From Nageia nagi (Eukaryota; Plantae; Pinophyta), in the NCBI GenBank assembly GCA_050084985.1, contig JBITNC010000001.1, positions 73,966,001-74,030,000 on the forward strand: a DNA stretch of 64,000 nucleotides, in the 5' to 3' direction. The notes under the pieces are model-generated. The model was given only the letters and a program-made list of their open reading frames with translations, ran no database searches and had not been told where the DNA came from. This document shows, one piece after another, positions 42,275 to 54,646 of this stretch. The position numbers and the translations under genes are program-made. Every line of letters starts with the position of its first letter. Position 1 is the stretch's first letter.

Positions 42275-42660
42275 GAAGGATGGAGATGAGACAAGGCATT
42301 TGACCCAATAGTTTGAGTGTCATGCTTTATAAAGTGGAGGGCACTGAATGAGGTTGGCTTCATAGAGAAATGACAACCTCCTCCCACTCCTTCTAGTAGA
42401 AAGACAACATGCTGCAAATGATGTGGAAGTATGAGGCATTATGGGTAGAGGCTCCCCTAGTTGAGGTGGACAGAACGGTCGAGATCCTCTACCATGTGGC
42501 TAAGTGGGAAATGTGAGCAATGTGTATAGGAGCTTCTAAAGCATGACTCAGCTCGTGTGGTTGGGGGCTTTCGGCCTTTGTACAACATTCTTGATGTGTC
42601 CATTTTGGAGAGCGAAGGAGGGAGAGAGAGAGAGACATGGTCGTGGAGTAACATGAGAGA

Positions 42661-42773
42661 TTTGATGAGGCATTTTGTCAAACAATTTATATACCCTTTC
42701 AATGTATCCAATTTTGTACATATTCATTGACCATTACAGTCCATTAGATTGCATTTCAGCATGGCATTTTGTG
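42661..42773 (-). pseudogene. Captured fragment of a PLS-class PPR gene
   Basis: KMPC*NAI*WTVMVNEYVQN/GYIERVYKLFDKMPHQ, which matches PPR consensus KMP.RN.ISWTAMI.GY.QNG..E.A..LFDKMP. Confidence 0.8.
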
Positions 42774-43865
42774 TTCCACATTATTAAAAATGTTTATTAA
42801 ACTTTGTAAAAAAAAATATTGTGCCCCTTTCCCTTTTTTTAATATGTTACATCTTTAAAATATTTCCCCCATATTTGCTTTAAATAAATTGCCTCTAAAA
42901 ATTATTTCCCTCTATTTGCATTAAACTTTTTGCAAAAATAAAAAAATTTAGAGAAGAAATAAAGTATTATGTAAATATTACACCTTGGCAATGCTTGTAA
43001 TAGAGTTATTAATCAATGCTACTAACAAACAAAATGTTAGTAAAAAAAATTTGCATTACATAGTATCCTCTTAAAAGGTATATCATGTATTAAGCATTTT
43101 GCAAAAAACATGCTACTAACATAAGAGGTTAGCAAAAAAAAAATTGCTTGCATTGCCATTTTGATCATATTTTGCAAAAAAAATAAGCTCCAATATCTCA
43201 TAAAATATGTTAGTATCTAATGCAATAATCCATAAGATAACCAAATGAGGAGGAAATTTATACCTTCTTTTAGTTTTACCTCACCAATGGGGTGTAAGAT
43301 GAGGAATGAAGAAGGATGAAGAACCAAGATGTAGAAGAAGAGCTTCCACACCAAAAAGAGCTTCCACACCAAGCTCTGATACCAATTGAATGAATTAGAC
43401 CTACTCTAATTCTCAAGGTCCAAGACTAGGAAACTCAATCATTCAAAATAACACCATTCACACAAGATAACACAAATATAATGGGGTTCCTCACTCCTTG
43501 GGAGTACATCCACAACTAGTTCTCTATTCTCAATCTATGCACCTCTTACTACAATTCTCTTCCTCTCCTACACAAACTAGTAGAGTAATCTTACTCCAAA
43601 AACTTAGTTGTGTTACAAGAGGAGAGGCCCTCTATTTATAGCTTGAGAGAACCTCCCTAACCTTCCTTTAACCCAAGGGTAAGGTTAGGGTTACAATAAA
43701 TGTATTACCTAACTTTAAGCTACCAACTAACCCCATGGTAAGGTCAAAGTCCACACATAATAAAGAATTCAATTAATCCCTTAAGGTATCTACATATCCT
43801 TTAAGTGATTAATTGAATTTACAAGGAGTTTAGATATTCACAATATTTCATTACAAATTCTAACA

Positions 43866-44545
43866 CCTAATAAGTGGGAATAATTCTTACACCTTGTTGA
43901 GTTTGCCTATATTAATACTTCTTAGAAATTCTATGGTATGACACCCTTGACACACTTTATGGGCAAAAGTGTAGAATTCCTAGTTGATGGGACAATGTTG
44001 ATGATAGGGTTTCTATTGAACCAAACCTATTATATGATATGGAGATAAAACTAAACAACATTTATATTAATTTAAAAGAGTATTTAGATAATCATAAGAG
44101 TTTTGTTGACCTTAATAGGATCCCTTAGGTATTCTAGGTAGGGAACAATGTATTATTAGAGTAAAACTAGGAAAGAGTGCAATTAAATATTCCAAACTAG
44201 ATGCAATGTATGTTGGATCCTTCTCCATAGTATATAATATTAATCATGTTTCTTATATATTGGAACTCCTAGATAACCTAGAAAAAATGCACAATGTCTT
44301 CCATGTTTCACTTTTAAAGAAGTATTTGCCTAATTCATCACATGTATGGGATGTAGAGAAAGTACAATTGGTATATCCTTTATTTTTGGAGGTTAAGCCA
44401 ATTAAAATTCTATAATTTTATAATAGGATTATCATAAATCATAAAATTAAGGAATGTAAATCCCAATTGGATATGTACATAGAAAGCAATACTACTTAGG
44501 AGTATGTCAAATCTATGAGACTTCAACTTCCTAACCTATTCATTA
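43866..44545 (+). pseudogene. Gypsy integrase C-terminus and chromodomain
   Basis: NKWE.FLHLVEFAY; MHNVFHVSLLKKY; EVKPIKIL...T*EY..M...PNLF. PPT gagggag at about 44582. Confidence 0.88.
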
Positions 44546-44592
44546 ATAAGGACTCTAAATCTAGGATGATGTTTAAGCAATGAGGGAGCGTA

Positions 44593-47513
44593 TATATTGA
44601 ACCTTGAAAGTACTCTTATTATTCTTACTATTAATCCTAAACTACTTGATTTGAAAAGCTTAAGCACCTATTTATTTAGTAAAGTGATATTATGACATTT
44701 TGTCTGCAAAGTTGTGAAGGTCTAAGAAATCCTTGTGTTGGACTAAATATCCTACCAAGTATTTAGGTAATAAAGTTATAAAATTATTATTCTAAAGGAT
44801 AAATCCATTAAAATATTATGAGCTATGTTTAAACTAAATATTATATATGTTTTGGTACTAACATAAGGTAGGTTTTGGCATAGTTTAATGAAAACCACAC
44901 TAATGGTTGATGTGAATTGCAATGATAATAATTCAAAAGGGCTTTCAATCCTCTAAGTGTTTTGAATATTTTGTTATACCTATCATATTCATTCACATTT
45001 AAATCTATCCTAACCTTTGTAATATAAGTTTTGGCATTTTTGGCTAAGTGTTTTATTAAGGAGGAAGGGGGAATTTTTCAAATGTAGTAAGTGGACATCT
45101 CTTTGAACACCATGTGTAAAATTTGATCCACCATTTCTCACATGCTTGGAAAACTCTATAAGTATTAGTTTTTTCAATCATTCCTTGTATTGGGAATGCA
45201 ATGATGGGGCAATGTGTTTGTTAATGTGGTATGCATCTTCTCCTCTTGCCTCCATGAGAGTTCATTAAGGATGGTGGAATGTTGTTTAACATATACATTC
45301 AACATCATTTCTATGAGAGGGAATTACATTGTAAAGGTAGTTGTATTTATTATATACAAATTTATAAGGTTTAAAATTTAATATGTAAGGCTTCCTTAAA
45401 TAAGAGAGACATTTTTGTAATCATGGGTAGTTATCTATCTATGGCAATTTGTATAGGTGTGGGAGGTGAACCCCTATTTGAAGGAGCCTCCATGAATTTT
45501 GTTAAAGCAATGTTAGAATTTGAATCTTGGTATTTTGGATTAGTGTGCATATTCATATGGGTTTATGGATAATGTGATCTTATTTTGACTATGTAGGGTT
45601 TTAATTGGTTTCATCTCTACTTAGTTGTAAGTGGGTTTTCACTTCTTATTAAGGTTACAAGGTATCCATAGATTTGTTTTACATTCATATGTGAATCCAT
45701 AATGGATTATGATTTGGCCTTAATATCTCAAACTCCTAAGAAAGAATAGGGATTCTAGGTGCATTCTATTTTTCATTTAAAGCATACAAGAAATTCTTAA
45801 TGTTCGTTTACTTACAAAATATTTCTTTATGGAAGAAAGGGTTACATGTAATAATAAATATTTCATTATTCTATTACATCCTACATACATTCGTATGAGC
45901 TTCCTAACCTATAGAATAATATGATTCCAACAAGGAATTTGTGTGACCTTTCTAACTTAACAAAGTGTTAAGAGGACTAACAAAGATAACAAACTTGAAT
46001 GGTAATTTAATTTACCCTAGCCTTAGAATGAAAACTCTTAACTTAGCCAAACTTGTAACTCAACCCAACCTATATATTACCATTGGATTATCTATTCTAT
46101 TATTTAATTTAATTGTATAAATGGAAACTTACATTGTGTAGAGTATTTAATTCATTTAGTATAATTGAAGCTTGCATTGTGTAGAGTGTTTACTTCATTT
46201 ATAATTACCATTATCATGTCACTTGTATAAATAACATGCATGTAAACCTCCTAACTAAGAATGTATTTCTTATACCTCATATATCTTTTTGAGAACAAGG
46301 ATTGAACCTATGAACTAGGGTTGAAGAAGTAAACTATGGATTCTATTGGTCGCTTTTGAAAGAAATCTCAATTTTACATATAGGAGTCTATACTATGAAG
46401 TCATTTCTAGATTGTTTAAATTTTATTTTGATTATAATGTAATTAAAAGATAGATGATGTTTAGCATTCACTTTCTCATGTCCTTGGAGGGTGAATTTTG
46501 AAATGAAGACTCACATCATATGGATATATTATTGATGTAATGTTAATCTATTTTATCAAATATAGAAATATATACCTAAATTATGTTTTATTTTTCACTA
46601 GATAGCATACTAGGAATGCATATATGAATTATGTTTCAAAATGTTTCTTTTAGTAGTTACTTCCTATTAATCTCCTCTACAATGAATCGAATAGTGAAAC
46701 TATCATTGTATTTGGGATTTTAACTTGTAAATGCTAATATAAACCTATTATTTGAATAAGAAACCTTCTCCAAAAATTATCTATAATGATATACTAATTA
46801 GGAATAAAATTAATGATATCAATAAATTCAAGTTAGTGTTATGCAAAGTAAAATGAACTTGAAATAAGCTTGAATGTTCCTTTAAATCTATAGGGGCTTG
46901 ATTGGAGAAAAAGGAGTGTAAAAGCCACCTAACTTTGAAAGCATTCACTTGTACCATTTGTATGAATTTTGAACCATTAGAAAATGTTGAATAATGTGCT
47001 TACTACTTTATGTTTAAACAAATGATGTATGAGAGTAGAGTGTTCCTAAAGTAAAATTATGACAAACTATTATACTTAGATAAATGGGTTAGGATGTGTC
47101 TAAATCCTTAAGAAAAAGTTTGAATGCATTCAATAAAAAAATTAAAATGTTTAAAACCAATCCATAATGTTACACCTTAGAACTCAAACTACAAAATATG
47201 ACAACCTTTACATCTATTATAATTGTAAAGCAAATGATAAGTAACTAGTAAGGTAATAACTTGTGTAAAATGTACTATGGTTCTCGATGAAGGGTATAAG
47301 AGAAAAAACTCCATACATGAACCATATTATATTAATTTTTGAACCTAATATGGGTTGCAATCATTATGATGACTTTAAAAGTTGATCTAGTAGTAACAAT
47401 TCTACTAGATGAAGATTTTTATGTCTGCATAAAAATTAAAAAACATTTATGAAACCTTGATTAGTGTGCAATTAGAAGGTGTAATATAATAACATAAAAT
47501 TGAGTATAGTAAA
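44593..47513 (+). repeat. Gypsy 3' LTR (about 2.92 kb)
   Basis: Collinear with 8875-12130; lacks the 300-bp duplication and about 60 bp near its end. Confidence 0.9.
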
Positions 47514-49819
47514 CCTAAATATCCTTCTTGGAATATGACTCTCTTCTCATTAAGATTCCATAAGCATAGTCCCATGTATTTATTCCATGGTTGATATGTT
47601 CATAACTACTCCTTGCCTCCTCCTTTCCCTCATCATGTGGATTATATAATCCACTTCTTGTTCTTTTCTCCATGAAAATGATCTCTTGCATACTTTTTAT
47701 TTTTTATAGTAATGATTTCATCCATGCCTACATGTAGATTTTAGAATGCAACTCCATCCTTACTAACATGGTGATAATGTTTTTCATAGAGTTTACAAAG
47801 CTATGGATTTTTCACACACTCTAAACTCTTCTCCCTCTTAGGAAGAAAATCCATGAAATGGGAATTAACCTTTCCATTCTCCAAAAGCCTTATTTTATAA
47901 TGTATTAGTGGACTAATAATGGACTATTAAGACTATCACTCATTCCCTCAACAATAATCTCCTTTATTTTTACATTTACATGGCCTTCTATCTCCTTTAA
48001 TTTAGGTCCTACATTGGATTTATTCAACATAATATTTTAAATAGTAAATGTTATTTAATATTTTAAATATTTTCTAAGCTATTTTAATATCATTTAACAA
48101 TATCTTGCACTTAGCAAATACCATACCATAATATCCCATCATGTTAGTAGGTGGCTACTATCTATCTATGCCACTTGAAAAAAAAACCCAATTTAGGAAA
48201 GGTTAAATGCCCATTTTATCAGTGCTCCTCCATAATCCCATGTGCTACTCCTTTGTACAAGTGATAGATAGCATTCTTGTGATGGTTCCACTTGGCATTA
48301 CTTATATCACAAAAGAGAGAGTCAAATCCTCTTGATTGTGATATCTACATCACATTAACCACCATTTCAAGGCTCTTTAGTTGGCAATTTCTCCAAGGTT
48401 ATTGGTGGTTTAGCCTTGAGTGATTATGGTAGCTAATATTTTATGATAAGAAATTTGAAGTTCAATTATTGGTGATGAATACATCATAGTATTTCAAGTA
48501 CATAGTAGAATCCCTTATTGATGGGAAAACTATGAATATTTGGTTGATTAAATATTCTCCAACTACCAATTTGTCCCCATGTAATCTCTCTTGTCAATGT
48601 TGTTATGTTCCACATATGCATGGGTTACTATACCAACATTGATGTCACCTTGGACTCATTGAGTTCCACTGATTAAGATTTAAAATTATGTTGAAATATT
48701 TTTATTTTCCTTTTGAATTTAAAAAAGAATAATATTTAATTGTTATTTTTTTTTTTCAAAACTTCAAAGAGGGATATTTTTCAAACCATAACTCCATTTG
48801 TATCTTCATTCAAAATGTTAGGATCCTAGAGATGAGAAATTTGACATAGAGCATTGAGATCTTAAAAAATTGAAATCTCATTTTTCACCTTTAAAATAAT
48901 CTTGTAATCCATTTTGGATCACTCATCCTATTTTAGGGGGTTTTGTTTCTACAAAAGCCTTAGAATTCCCTTCTTGTTTGAATTTCTTCCTTATGGATCT
49001 TCAATTTGCTTGGCATCTCAGGTACATCACTTTGTATTCTAAGTGAATATTTAAGCAAAATATTTTTTCAACCAAACATGATTTTATTAGTATTCAAAAC
49101 TACCAAGAAGATGACTTCTTTTCATCCCACTAGAATTCATGTCAAGATAAATATTGCAAAGGAAATATTTTATCAATTGTTAATGAAAAATTACTAACTT
49201 CAAAATTGAAATTAAACCTCAACATTTCAAGCTTCTAAACCATGAGTCCAACTTTATTCTTCCATAAGATATGGTTCTCTAGACTCCAAAGTAGGCATAA
49301 ATTTTGAATTCCAAGGCACCCATTCTATTTTTTGAATGGGTTCAATTAGTTATTAGTAAAAGAACTTATTTGATACCAACTTGATCCTTAACCCTAGTTT
49401 AAGAGTTTACTTTGGATCTCATACTTTATTTCTTTTACTATTTATGGAAATAAATCCACACCAAAATAAACACACAAAATGATGCAATCTAATATTTTAT
49501 CTATTTTCACCTAAAGTGGGCTACATCCTCTAATTGTGATCCATTATTGTAGGTATCATATTACAATATCATTTGCATGATATTTTTTCTTCATCCTTTG
49601 AGTTTGTTGAAGCTAAATCATATTAACATTGTAGGCCTCTATTGAATCTCCTTTTTGTAAGATGTATTTATCCCATGATCATCATGTTTAGAACTACTCT
49701 TGGTCTCTTTATTCCCATAATCATGGTGATTATATCATCCACTTATTTTCTCTATGGAAATAATCTCATCCATGCTTTTTGCTTTCCATGGTAGTGATGT
49801 CATCAATGCTTACATGTAG

Positions 49820-50057
49820 TCCCTAAAGACACTATGGTGGAAAAGTGATTCAAATCAATGGGAGGAGGTCATATGTTTGAATCCCCTTGATGGATCCCAA
49901 GTGGTACTATGTGGTTGTATTTTGGACATATTTTAGATGTATTATGACTAATTTATGGGGCCTAGATAAAAACCCTCATGTAAAAAGTCCCACCTAGGTA
50001 AAAAACCTATGATTTACCCTTTGTTGTGTGATTAGTGTGAAGGATCATGGTTCCAAG
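49820..50057 (+). mobile_element. Probable tRNA-derived SINE inserted in one LTR copy
   Basis: Absent from the other two LTR copies; A-box-like tatggtgg at about 49833; B-box-like gtttgaatcc at 49875-49884. No clear poly(A) tail or TSD. Confidence 0.55.
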
Positions 50058-51349
50058 GTTTTAGAATGCAACTCCATCCTTACTCACATGGTCATAGTAT
50101 TTTCCATAGAGTTTTCAAAGCTATGAAATTTTCACACTCTCTACACTATTTTCCCTCTTGGGAGGAAAACCCATGAAATAGGGATTAACCTTTACACTAT
50201 TCACAAACCCTATTTTATAATGTATTAATGGAATAATAATGGAGTTTAAGTGGTTACAATGAAATAATCCCAAATTATAACATTTTCCTCTTTAAAAATA
50301 TTCTCACTAATTCTCTCAATAATAGTATCCTTTATCTTGACATTCTATTAGGCTTCCATTTCCTTGAATTTAAGGCCTACATTGTATTTGGTCAACAACA
50401 TATTTTGAATAGTAAATTTTTTTTACCATTTCAGATACTATATTAGGTATTTTAATACCATTTAACAATACCCCTACACTTATCAAATATCATACCATAA
50501 TATCCTATCAAATAAGTGGGTGGCTTTAATCAAACTATGCCACTTGGCACAACAAAGCCAATTTAGGGAAGGTTAAATCCTCATTTGATCAATGCTTCTT
50601 CAACCCCATGAAATCCTCCTTCATACAATAAATAGTATATTTATTTATGGTGGTTCTTCTTGGCATATATTGTATAACAAAATAGGGATTCAAATCTCCT
50701 TGACTACATTATCTCCATCCCATTAATTGGTGCTTCAAAGATCATTAGGTGGAGGTTTCTCTAAGGTTGCTAGTAGCTTGGACCTTAGTAGTTATGGTGG
50801 ATAATGTTTTATGATAGGTGCTTTAGAGGTATATTATTGGTAATGAATACATCATATGCTTTCATGTATGTGGAAGAATCCCTTCTCTATGAGTGGACTA
50901 TGCATAATGGGTTGGTTCCATATGTTCTAACTATCAGTTTCTCAATGGATATACAATGCATTATGGGACACAAAGTGAAGATAACATGCATTATTTGGGA
51001 TCTTTGTTTTGAGTTCTTGGTCTATTATGTTGTACCAACTATATATTTGATGACATTTTAGCTTCTATTTTTGATCAAATCTTATTCATGTGGATTTGTA
51101 ACTCTCTAATCTTACTTTCTTTGGAGGCTCTTCAACTCTTCATTTGTAGATGTTCATTTGCAATTATTTCTACATATTTGTACCAAATTTCTTATTTCTC
51201 TCTTTTAATGTTGGATTTTTTCCATAGGATTTTCTCCTTTTCTTTGTTATGAGAGATTTTGTATTGTTCATAGGTACCTCAGTAGGCCATCTTTCCTAGA
51301 CCCATATTGTATTGGCATGTTTTTATGTCTAATACCTTCTAGCCTCACT

Positions 51350-51651
51350 TAAAGGGGGGTGTTGGATTTAATTAATCTTGCTAGGTTAGGGTATCTAACT
51401 TTAGTGTTACTAAGTTAGTTGATAACATGCATGATTTTTCATTCTTATCCTTATCCTAGTTTGTTATGTTTGGATGAATGAGATGATTCCATCTATCTAC
51501 TCATCCTATGGTTGTAATTATTCATTCTTGTCTATTTAATAAAGGATTTTCATTGTAATAATATCAATTTTTCTATTTCCTTTCACTCCCAACATCATCT
51601 ATCTTCTCACTATTTTGATTTTTTATGTATGTGTGAGTTACCCTACCAACA
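51350..51651 (+). repeat. PPT plus short LTR (about 290 bp) of another element embedded in the array's internal domain
   Basis: aaagggggg followed by TGTTGG(51360)...CCAACA(51651). Confidence 0.6.
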
Positions 51652-54646
51652 TGGATGCTACCTTGGACTTGTCAAGTCCCACCGATTTACATTTAAAATG
51701 GTGTTCAAATATTTTTATTTCCCTTTTTAATTAAAAAAATAATAATATTTAATTATTATTATTTTTTAAAATTTTAATAAGGGATATTGTTTAAATCATA
51801 ACTCTAATTTTATCATCATTCAAAGCATCAAGATCCTAGATACAACATCTTTGACATAGAGCATTGAGATATTCAAAAAGGGAGACTTCATTTTTCACCT
51901 TCAAAATGACCCTATAATCTATTTTGGATCATTCATCCCTTTTTAAGGTCTTTTTTTTTCCACAAAAGACTTGGGATCAAAATAGTGAGAAAAATAATCT
52001 ATATACATAAATCTAGATCTACCCCTTCTTGGAATCATCTTTTTGTCTCATTTTCCTCCTTGTGTATCTTGACTTCACTTAGAATATTAGGTACATAATT
52101 TTGAATTCTCATATAAACATTAAGAAAAACAAATTTTCAAAACAATACAACTTCCTTAGTCTTCAAAACTATTGAGAAGATAAGCTCTTTTCTTCCTACT
52201 AAAATTCATGTTGAGATAAATATTACAAAAGAAAGATTTTATCAATTGTTAATGAAAAATTGATGACTTCAAAAGTGAAAATTTACCTCAACATTTTAAG
52301 CTTAAAACTATGAGTCCAAATTTATTCTTCCACAAGATCATATTCTTTTGACTCCAAAGAAGGCATAAATTTTGAATCCCAAAGTAGACATTCCATTTTT
52401 TGAACAGGTTCCATCACTTCCTAGCAAAAGAATTTCTCTTTTATGAACTTGACCAATAAACTTTAGTTTAAGATTTTACTTTAGATCTCGCTTTAATTTC
52501 TTTTAGTTCTTATGAAAATAAATACACATAAAATAACCAAAAAAAATGATGCACATCAATATTTTACCCAGGTTCACCTGATGTGGGCTACATCCTAAAA
52601 TCATGATCCATTATTGTAGGTACCATATTATAAGGTCATTTACATGATATTTTTACTTCATCTTGTTGGATTACTAAAGCCAAGTCACACAAATATTGTA
52701 GGCCTCTACCAAATATCCTTTTTGGAAGATGACTCTCTTCTCAACAAGAGTACATAAGCATAGTTTCATATTTTTATCTTGTGGTTGATATGTTCATAAC
52801 TACTCATTATCTCTTTTTTTCCATCATCATGGCGATTATGCCATATACTTCTTCTTCTTGTCTCCATGTTAATGATATTGTCCATGCCTTTTCTTTTCCA
52901 TGGTAATGATATCATCCATGCCTCCATTTAGATTTTAGAATGAAACTTCATCCTTACTCATATGGCCATAATTTTTTCTATAAAATTTACAAAGCTATGG
53001 AGTATGATCACTCTCTAAACTCTTCTCCCTCTTTAGAGGAAACCCCATGAAATGGGAATTAATCTTTTCATTCTCCACAATCCTTTTTTATAATGTATTA
53101 ATGGAGTTTAAGTGGTTACATTGGAATAATACCAAATTACAATATTTTCCTCTTTGCAAATATTCTTACTCATACCCTCAATAATAATCTCTTTTATTTT
53201 AATATTCATGTAGCCTTCCATCTTCTTGATTTTAGGTCCTACATTGGATTTGTTTAATAGCATATTTTAAATAGTAAATTTCATTTATTATTTCAAAAAT
53301 TTTCTAAGCTATTTTAATACCATTTAACAATACCCTACACTTATCAAACATTATACCATAATATCCCATCACATTAGTGGGTGGCTACTATAAAAATATG
53401 CCACTTGATAAAAAAAAAAAACCAATTTAGGGAAGGTTAAATCCTCATTTGATCAATGCTCCTCCATAATTCCATGAACTCCTACTTTGTACAAGTGATA
53501 GGTGACTTACTTATGGTTGTGCCAATTGGCACATATTGTATCATAAAATAAGTAGTCAAATCCCTTTGACTATGTTATCTCCATCCATTAATTGATGTTT
53601 CAAGGCTCATCATGTGGTAGTTTTTCCAAGGTTACTAGTGGTGTGGTATTGATTACTTATGGTAGCTAATATTTTATGATAAGAATTTTGGAGATTAGTG
53701 ATTGGTTATTAATACACAATAGGCTTTCACATACATGAAAGACTCCCTTATTGATAGGTGGACTTCACTTATTATATTGATCCCATATGATGTAACTATT
53801 AGTTTCTCCACATGTTATGTGTCTTATTTATATTTTCATTTATGACATATGCACATGTTACCCTACAAATATGGATTTGGCCTTTGACTCGTTGGGTACA
53901 ACTAATTAGGATTTAAAATGGTGTTGAAATAGTTTTATTTGCATTTTGAATTTAAAAAATAATAATATTCAATTATTCTTTTTTGAAAACTTCAAGGAGG
54001 GATTTTTTTTGAACCATAACTTTTTTTTTTATTATCATTTGAAATGTTAGGATCCTAGAGACAAGAGCTTTGACATAGAGTATTGAGATTTTCAAAAGAG
54101 AGACTTCATTTTTTACCTTTAAAATAATCTTATGATCCATTTCGGATCACTAATCCTATTTTAAGAGATTTTGGTCCCATAAAAGCCTTGGGATCAAAAT
54201 AAAGAGGTGAACAATCCCATCAAATAAATTCAAATCAACCCCTTCTTGCAATCACCTTCTTATCTAATTTTATTCCTTTTGGATCTCGATTTCTCTTAGC
54301 ATCTTAGGTATATCAATTTGTATTCTTAATGAATCATTTAGAAAAATATTTTTTCAACCCAACACAACTTCCTCTATATTATAAACTACTAAGAAGATGA
54401 GCTCTTTTCTTCCCACCAAAATTTACATTAATATAAATATTACAATGGAAAGATTTTATCAATTGTTAATGAAAATTACAAACTTCAAAAGTGAAATTTT
54501 ACCTCAACCTTTCAAGATTCTAAATCATGAGTCCAATTTTATTCTTCCATAAGATTTGGTTCTCTTGAATTCTAAGTTGGTAGAAATTTTGAATCCCAAA
54601 GCATCCATTCCATTTTTTGAATAGGCACATAAGTTCCTAGTAAAAG

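Larger units (their letters stand above)
34454..43865 (-). mobile_element. Full-length Ty1/Copia element, the youngest intact-structure insertion in the window
   Basis: 479-bp LTRs 34454-34932 and 43387-43865 with about 12 mismatches by eye; perfect TSD cctaa (34449-34453, 43866-43870); PBS tggtatcagagc (rc 43373-43384); PPT agggggag (rc 34933-34940). Inserted in the Gypsy integrase. Confidence 0.97.
8875..47513 (+). mobile_element. Full-length decayed Ty3/Gypsy chromovirus (Tekay/Del-like) hosting nested insertions
   Basis: Paired LTRs 8875-12130 and 44593-47513; tRNA-iMet PBS; gag-PR-RT-RH-INT-chromodomain order; PPT; TSD actaa (8870-8874) / cctaa (47514-47518). Confidence 0.92.
47514..54646 (-). 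mobile_element. Tandem array of a non-autonomous LTR element (LTR-internal-LTR-internal-LTR-internal)
   Basis: LTRs end ...ttaaCA at 48099, 50467 and 53329; the rc PPT (atacccct) follows at 50467 and 53329 and is decayed after 48099. LTRs start TG at 49382 and 52450; rc PBS ttgatacca at 49370-49378. No recognisable gag or pol. Confidence 0.8.

Noticed and set aside
34449-47518. Same TSD (cctaa) for the Copia and the Gypsy as a shared target preference
   Set aside because: Two 5-mers in AT-rich DNA, one of them imperfect; compatible with chance.
49830-49890. Functional tRNA gene
   Set aside because: No cloverleaf discernible; boxes are decayed and lie within a longer insertion.
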